Source: Luteitalea sp. (GTDB taxonomy: Bacteria; Acidobacteriota; Vicinamibacteria; Vicinamibacterales; CAVVIG01). From it: a DNA stretch of 64,000 bases. Of the stretch, positions 59,088-64,000 are shown one piece after another. The notes under the pieces were generated by a model that worked only from the letters and a program-made list of their open reading frames with translations, did no database searches and was not told where the DNA came from. The position numbers and the translations under genes are program-made. Location: the NCBI GenBank assembly GCA_009380045.1, contig WHSN01000003.1:4299-68298 (forward strand), written 5' to 3'. Each line of letters starts with the position of its first letter. Within the stretch, counting starts at the first letter, position 1.

Positions 59088-59552
59088 TCACCGTGCGATC
59101 GAATAGTTGTGCGACACGATCATTGCGTAGCCGGAATTCAGCGCCACCATCGTCACGATCGCCGCGATGCGATTGTTTTTCCTCAGCTTTTCGGTCAGAA
59201 CGATGATGCCTGCCGTCGCGCCGACCTTCAGCGCGCCCATCGCCAGCGGCGACTGCAGGGCGCTGACGACCGGGTTCCCCTCGCTGCCGCCCGCCGTGAG
59301 GGCACGGTGGGTGGAGTGCATGTCCAGCGCCTGCAGGACCCCGAACGAAACGTAGAGCGGCACGAGACCCGAGGGCCGTGCCGCCGGCGAGGGTCGCAGT
59401 GGCGCGGTGCCGACAACCGCGTTCGGGGAGGCGACGGCCAGTAGCGACGGAGAGTCGTCGCGTTCCTGGGCAGCGACCGGATTGACGCTCGAGACCAGCA
59501 TTCCCAACGTCAGGCACACCACTGTGCACACGGAGCCTTCGACCTTCGACAT
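59088..59552 (-). CDS. DUF5658-like membrane protein
   Basis: Signal/TM N-terminus, then LQALDMHSTHRALTAGGSEGNPV and two C-terminal TM helices. Family name from memory. Confidence 0.55.
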   Translation of the reverse strand: MSKVEGSVCTVVCLTLGMLVSSVNPVAAQERDDSPSLLAVASPNAVVGTAPLRPSPAARPSGLVPLYVSFGVLQALDMHSTHRALTAGGSEGNPVVSALQSPLAMGALKVGATAGIIVLTEKLRKNNRIAAIVTMVALNSGYAMIVSHNYSIAR

Positions 59553-60240
59553 GGCACTTTCCTGCAGGCGCCGCTCGAGGAGACCACCCGGACGTCACGC
59601 GGGCATCGAGGAGCCTCGTATCGCCGACGCAGAACAGCGGCCCTGAATGGACAGCTTTGAAGCGGTAGTCCAACAGGAATGCCAGACAGGCTGAGCTTGA
59701 AATGTTCGTGTTTAGGGCAGTTTTTATAGGACACGAAGATAATCCAAATGCAAAAGACATCATCTAGACGACTTTAGTCACCACCTGACGGGTTGGAGCG
59801 ACAGATCGTGCCGACCTGGCCGGACCCCAACGAGTCCGGCCGAACCGCGCCGGCGACGATCGGCGTGACGAGGCGCGCGCGGGCACTCCCTTTCGCCCGC
59901 CAGCGCCAGGCCCGGTCCAGTCTGGTCACCGGCGGGCAGCACACGCGATCTCCACCGCGCCGCCTGCGAGAGGGGCCATGAGGGCCGGCGCCTCAGCCGC
60001 TTCTGTCGCCTGTGCCCCTGCCTTCGGCGACAGCGGGCCCTCGACCCGCCAGCGGCCGGAGCTCTCCACGGCCACCCCTGGTGAAGGCGCGCACAGGTCC
60101 GGGTGATTGAGCTGCCACATCGCCAGGTGGAAGAAGGGCAGGTGGTGAGAAGGAAGGTTTTCTCAGAGCTCGAGATGTTCACCGGGGAGTGCCGGACGTC
60201 GGGATGCCGCGTTCACCGCGACGTCAGTTACAATCCAGCA

Positions 60241-60256
60241 ACTCTAAAACTCTAAA
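60241..60256. repeat. 8-bp tandem duplication (actctaaa x2) abutting a ribosome-binding site
   Basis: Read directly. It is followed by GGAGGG and the ATG at 60266. Confidence 0.85.
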
Positions 60257-60265
60257 GGAGGGCCA

Positions 60266-61216
60266 ATGCGGAAGAGCGCCATTCTGCTCGTCGCCGGTGC
60301 GCTGATGATTCCAGCGGTGCCGTCAACCACGTTCGCGCAACTGTCGCCGTCCGCCGACTGGGCGACTCACGCGCAGAACGGCTACCAGGTGATCGCGAAC
60401 GTCACCTACATGACGGCCACCGGCTACGATTCGAAGCTCGACGTTTACAAGCGCCGCGACACCACCGCCGCGCAGCCCACGCTCGTCTTCTACCACGGCG
60501 GCGGATGGGTGGGCGGCAGCAAGGAGGCGTCGTTCATGTCCATTCTCCCGTGGCTCGAGATGGGCTGGAATGTCGTGAACGTGGAATACCGGATGGCCCG
60601 GGTCGCGCCGGCGCCCGCCGCGGTGGAGGACGCCACCTGCGCGCTCCGGTTCGCCGTCGAGAAAGCCAAGGAGTACGGCATCGACCCCAACCGGATTGTG
60701 GTCAGCGGCGAATCGTCAGGGGGACATCTCGCCCTCGCCGTCGGCATGATTCCGGAGAGCGCCGGGTTCACCCGCGCCTGCGCCGGCGGAGGATTCAGGG
60801 GGATTGAAACCGCGGTACCCAAGGTGGCGGCGATCATCAACTGGTACGGCATCACCGACGTGACGGAGATGCTCGGCGGCGCCAACGCGCGATCGTACGC
60901 GGCCCAATGGCTGGGCGCCTCCTCCGATCGTGACGCCGTGGCCAAGAGCGTGTCCCCTCTCACTTACGTCCGAAGCGATCTTCCGCCCATTTTGAGCATA
61001 CAAGGCGATGCAGATCCGATCGTGCCCTACTCGCAGAACGTTCGCCTCAGCGATGCGCTCACCAAGGCCGGTGCGAAGACCGAGCTGATGACGATTGCGG
61101 GCGGCGGCCACGGCAATTTCAAGCCTGAAGAACGGACCGCGATCTTCCTCAAGATCCGCGACTTCCTGGCCAAGAACGGCCTGCCGGCGTCGAGTGGAGG
61201 CCAGGGGAGCCGATAA
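60266..61216 (+). CDS. alpha/beta hydrolase (esterase/lipase, Abhydrolase_3-like), secreted
   Basis: Signal peptide. Oxyanion HGGGW, nucleophile elbow GESSGGH, and a D..H pattern near the C-terminus (GDADPIV, GGGHG). Confidence 0.85.
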   Translation: MRKSAILLVAGALMIPAVPSTTFAQLSPSADWATHAQNGYQVIANVTYMTATGYDSKLDVYKRRDTTAAQPTLVFYHGGGWVGGSKEASFMSILPWLEMGWNVVNVEYRMARVAPAPAAVEDATCALRFAVEKAKEYGIDPNRIVVSGESSGGHLALAVGMIPESAGFTRACAGGGFRGIETAVPKVAAIINWYGITDVTEMLGGANARSYAAQWLGASSDRDAVAKSVSPLTYVRSDLPPILSIQGDADPIVPYSQNVRLSDALTKAGAKTELMTIAGGGHGNFKPEERTAIFLKIRDFLAKNGLPASSGGQGSR

Positions 61217-61369
61217 CCGTCCGGATGCGGCAGGAACATCGCCCGCAACGCGGTGCCTCGATCGGTCGCTCGCTCGAGAAACGATCGGGAACACCGTACC
61301 GGGAACGCCCGTGCGTGCTCGGCGGTCTCCCGCCTCCGCCCGCCATTTTCCCACGCACTTCTTCCGAAC

Positions 61370-61396
61370 GCGCTTCGGCGAGGCTCGCCGAAGCGC
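61370..61396. terminator. perfect 12-bp-stem hairpin between convergent genes (candidate bidirectional terminator)
   Basis: gcgcttcggcga-ggc-tcgccgaagcgc, read directly. There is no U-tract on either side. Confidence 0.3.
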
Positions 61397-61542
61397 CTAC
61401 CCCGCGAAGGCGGCTGCGGTAAACCTCACGCCCGGCATCGCCGATTCATCGCGACGCCCACTCGTGTTCGAGAAAGCGCGACTTCACGTCGCTTGCCGGT
61501 TTCTCCTTCGGTTCGCGCGGCCGGCGTCTCGTGCGCGGCACG

Positions 61543-62502
61543 TCACTTGCGGTACCAGTCGTAGAGCTTGTCCTGTGGCGGGATCTTCCTGGTGATGTCG
61601 ACGATCATGGTTTCGCCCTCCCACCGCTTCACCAACGGCTCTTTGCGAAGACCTCCATACAGGAACTCCTCGGCAAACTCGACGCAGCGATACTCGATGA
61701 GCTGCGCGTTCGGCTCGACACGGCGGTAGATCGGCATCGAGATGCGCCATGGCTGCGTGAAGACATTCGGATCTTCGATCGTCACCTCGTAGTTGATGAT
61801 GTCCGGCGTTTTCAACGTGTAGCGTTCCACGAGATGGAGCGCGTCGCTGTGGAAATTGCCCGCTCTGTCGAACCAGTTCTTGCCGTTGAAATTCGTCACG
61901 TCGACGACCAGCGTGTCGCCCTCCCAGCGGCCCACCGAATGCCCCATGTAGGTGTCATCCGGCGGCCCCTCGACCTGACCGAAGTGGATGGCACGAGCGG
62001 CGTTCGTAAACGTATAGGCCATCTGGATCTGGTTCGTTCCCTGCACGATCTGGAACGGATAGGGCATATACATCGCGCGGGGGATCCCGGGGAGGTAGCA
62101 CTTGAGCTCGGGGTCGCGGTCGATCCAGTTCTCACCGTTCTCCTGTTTGACCGGCGCGGTTTCCGGCTTGTAGGGAATCTGACCGTCCCCGTCGACAACG
62201 CCGAGCGATCCCGGCACGCCGGCCGCGGCGCCGAGTGCAATCACCGGCGCTGCCGGGACGCGAGCGTACTCATATGGATAGACGCCCGGCTGCGTCACCA
62301 TCCCCGGACGCGCCTCGTGGGCCTGCAGGTCCCAGTGGGCCTCGTTGTTCGCCTGCCAAATGCCGCTGAAGTCGGGCTTGCCGTCAGCGGTGCGGGCCGG
62401 CGACGGGGTCTGCGCAGACGTGCCGGTTCCCAGCCTCCAGCCGAGGGCGCCGGCTGCAACGACCGCCACAACTGCTCCTGCCAACATCCAGGCGCGGTGC
62501 AT
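61543..62502 (-). CDS. secreted protein of unknown function, paralog family member 2 (P2, divergent)
   Basis: N-terminal anchor/signal. GKPDFSGIW, GHSVGRWEGDTLVVDVTNF, LHLVERYT..INYEVTIEDPNVFTQPW and EYRCVE align to P1/P3 motifs. Confidence 0.8.
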   Translation of the reverse strand: MHRAWMLAGAVVAVVAAGALGWRLGTGTSAQTPSPARTADGKPDFSGIWQANNEAHWDLQAHEARPGMVTQPGVYPYEYARVPAAPVIALGAAAGVPGSLGVVDGDGQIPYKPETAPVKQENGENWIDRDPELKCYLPGIPRAMYMPYPFQIVQGTNQIQMAYTFTNAARAIHFGQVEGPPDDTYMGHSVGRWEGDTLVVDVTNFNGKNWFDRAGNFHSDALHLVERYTLKTPDIINYEVTIEDPNVFTQPWRISMPIYRRVEPNAQLIEYRCVEFAEEFLYGGLRKEPLVKRWEGETMIVDITRKIPPQDKLYDWYRK

Positions 62503-62544
62503 GACAACTCTCCTTTTTCGTATTGGCCGGATTCGATCAGAATC

Positions 62545-63777
62545 TCATCTCAACGGATTGGCGTCGTCGCCGTCGTCGGAAAATCCGCCAGCGAACCCGC
62601 CACACGCGCCGACGCATTTTTCTGCTGGATTAGGCGCTCGCCCCTGCGCGAAGGCGAGCTCGTCGGCACGGGCGCCCGCAAGCAACGCCACCATCCCGTA
62701 ATTCCCCTCGTGGCACCGCGGCTCGTAATAGATGCGATTGGCTTCGTCGCTCTGTTTTTTCAGGACGTGCTTGGCCGTCCACGGTGCGGTCCACACGGTG
62801 GGATCCTCGACCGTGACTTCGTATTCGATCGACTCCGCGTCGAGGCGCGTCCACCGTTCGACCAGGTGCAGGTTCTGGTGGGCTCCCTGGTAATTCGACT
62901 TGGGCGAGAAATTCGTCACGTCCACCACGAGGGTCTGTCCTTCCCAACGGCCGCGGGAATCGCCCCACCACTGGCGGAGCTGCCCGGGGAGGTGCGGCGC
63001 GGTGGTGATGGGAATGACCCGATGCCAACCCTGTCCCTGCCCGGTGTCGTAGTAAATGGCCACCTGCCCGCGAGACTGCACGATGCGACGGAAGCCGCCG
63101 AAGTCCGGCAGCGCCGCGCTCATGCACCGCTCGCCGTGCCCGCGATCCTCCGGGCCGTCGGAGCGGCTGATCACACCGCCGCCGCCCCCCGGTCCGCCCG
63201 CCCCGCCGGTGAGATAGTAGGGGGGGATCTCAGCCCGTCTCGGAGAGGGGGGCCCGTACTTCCATCCGGCGCACGCGGGCAGCTGGTCCTTGCAGACATC
63301 GGTGGACTGCAGGAGCGCCAACGTATACTCGCGAAGTTCGGCCCGCCTCTTCTGCTCGTCCGCCGTGTAGGGAGGAAGCCGTCCGTTTGGCGGATCCACA
63401 ATCAGCGATGTGCGTCGGCCGAGTCGCAGGTGTGAGGTGAAGATCTCGGCGTTGTAGGCGCCGCCGACATCCTGTTCCGTGCCGCGCTTGCGGCGGTCGG
63501 CCGTGGCTTCCCGGCTGATGATCTCCGCGCGTTGCTTGTCGAGGGCGGCCCGCTCCTCGTCGGTGAAGAACTCCCGGTCCGCGTACTTGGCGGGTCGCTG
63601 CAGCGGCTCCTCCGAGTCTCTCGTCCAGATACCCTGCAGGTCCGGTTCACCCCAGGGCGTGGGCGATGCTGCGGGTGCGCCGCCCTGGCCACCGACTGGC
63701 CGTACGACTCCGAGGAGCACGACCATTGCCGCGACGGCGGCTGCGACGACCAACAATTCCAGAAATCTTCTGCTCAT
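62545..63777 (-). CDS. secreted protein of unknown function, paralog family member 3 (P3, with Gly/Cys-rich insertions)
   Basis: Signal/anchor MSRRFLELLVVAAAVAAMVVLL. GEPDLQGIW, RTSLIVDPPNGRLP, GDSRGRWEGQTLVVDVTNF, LHLVERWTRLD..IEYEVTVEDPTVWTAPW, CHEGNYGMVALLAGARA. Extra GGAGGPGGGGG and Cys-containing segments. Confidence 0.8.
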   Translation of the reverse strand: MSRRFLELLVVAAAVAAMVVLLGVVRPVGGQGGAPAASPTPWGEPDLQGIWTRDSEEPLQRPAKYADREFFTDEERAALDKQRAEIISREATADRRKRGTEQDVGGAYNAEIFTSHLRLGRRTSLIVDPPNGRLPPYTADEQKRRAELREYTLALLQSTDVCKDQLPACAGWKYGPPSPRRAEIPPYYLTGGAGGPGGGGGVISRSDGPEDRGHGERCMSAALPDFGGFRRIVQSRGQVAIYYDTGQGQGWHRVIPITTAPHLPGQLRQWWGDSRGRWEGQTLVVDVTNFSPKSNYQGAHQNLHLVERWTRLDAESIEYEVTVEDPTVWTAPWTAKHVLKKQSDEANRIYYEPRCHEGNYGMVALLAGARADELAFAQGRAPNPAEKCVGACGGFAGGFSDDGDDANPLR

Positions 63778-64000
63778 CTTCGACCTCCTCGATCACGAAG
63801 GACGAGTCGAACGCCGACGACCGCCCCGGTCGCCGGGACCCCGGCCGTTGCGGCGCATCGTGACACACAGTCCCGGCCTTGCCAAGCGTCGAATCGGCCA
63901 ACGCACGCCGACCCGTCAGCGGTCGTGAGCGACTTTCTTGACAGCAATGTTTCGAGGAGCCAGAATATGGCGCTTTTGGGCCGAAGTCGCCCGATGCTCC

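Noticed and set aside
59778-60182. 134-codon minus-strand ORF and other ORFs in the 59783-60240 gap
   Set aside because: The translations are Arg/Pro/Gly-rich, there are no motifs, and there is no SD. I could not support any coding call here.
61531-63435. 634-codon plus-strand ORF
   Set aside because: It is antisense to the two paralogous secreted-protein genes, which have signal peptides and strong mutual conservation. The translation is Arg/Gly/His-rich.
63938-64000. TTGACA-N17-CAGAAT promoter-like hexamers followed by an ATG (63966) at the window edge
   Set aside because: Only ~11 codons are visible before the window ends, so neither the promoter nor the gene can be supported.

Overview
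Very GC-rich bacterial chromosomal segment. The gene content points to an Acidobacteriota-like soil bacterium (inference): two giant CarboxypepD_reg/TonB-dependent-receptor-like proteins, an ADOP/FtsX-type permease remnant, and PEGA, DUF1080 and DUF5916-type proteins. I can support about 60 protein-coding genes. These include clpS-clpA, a cold-shock protein, a heterodimeric ABC exporter pair, a two-subunit molybdopterin oxidoreductase, an ECF sigma factor with a TonB-C-domain partner, and many small detox/stress enzymes (DinB x2, GYD x2, VOC, SnoaL-like, YceI, MBL, DLH, AKR, SDR). I recognised no rRNA, tRNA, CRISPR array, transposase or integrase. Four things stand out. (1) At 56.5-58.5 kb there is an uncharacterised gene with a zinc finger, an internally duplicated Rossmann-like domain and a beta-rich tail, broken by two frame changes. 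(2) A family of secreted proteins of unknown function occurs three times, once directly upstream of a TonB-dependent-receptor-like gene and twice in tandem. (3) Gene debris is unusually dense: a receiver domain, a TrxR-like tail, PD40/TolB-like blades, an ADOP permease, a DUF3667 N-terminus, an orphan Tat signal and a frameshifted DUF5916 gene. (4) There are eight short head-to-tail duplications or near-adjacent direct repeats (8-29 bp), mostly in promoter-side intergenic DNA, one spanning a start codon and one a stop codon. Most long ORFs in the track that run antisense to these genes are GC-driven shadow ORFs. Functional calls come from motif recognition by eye, not database searches.
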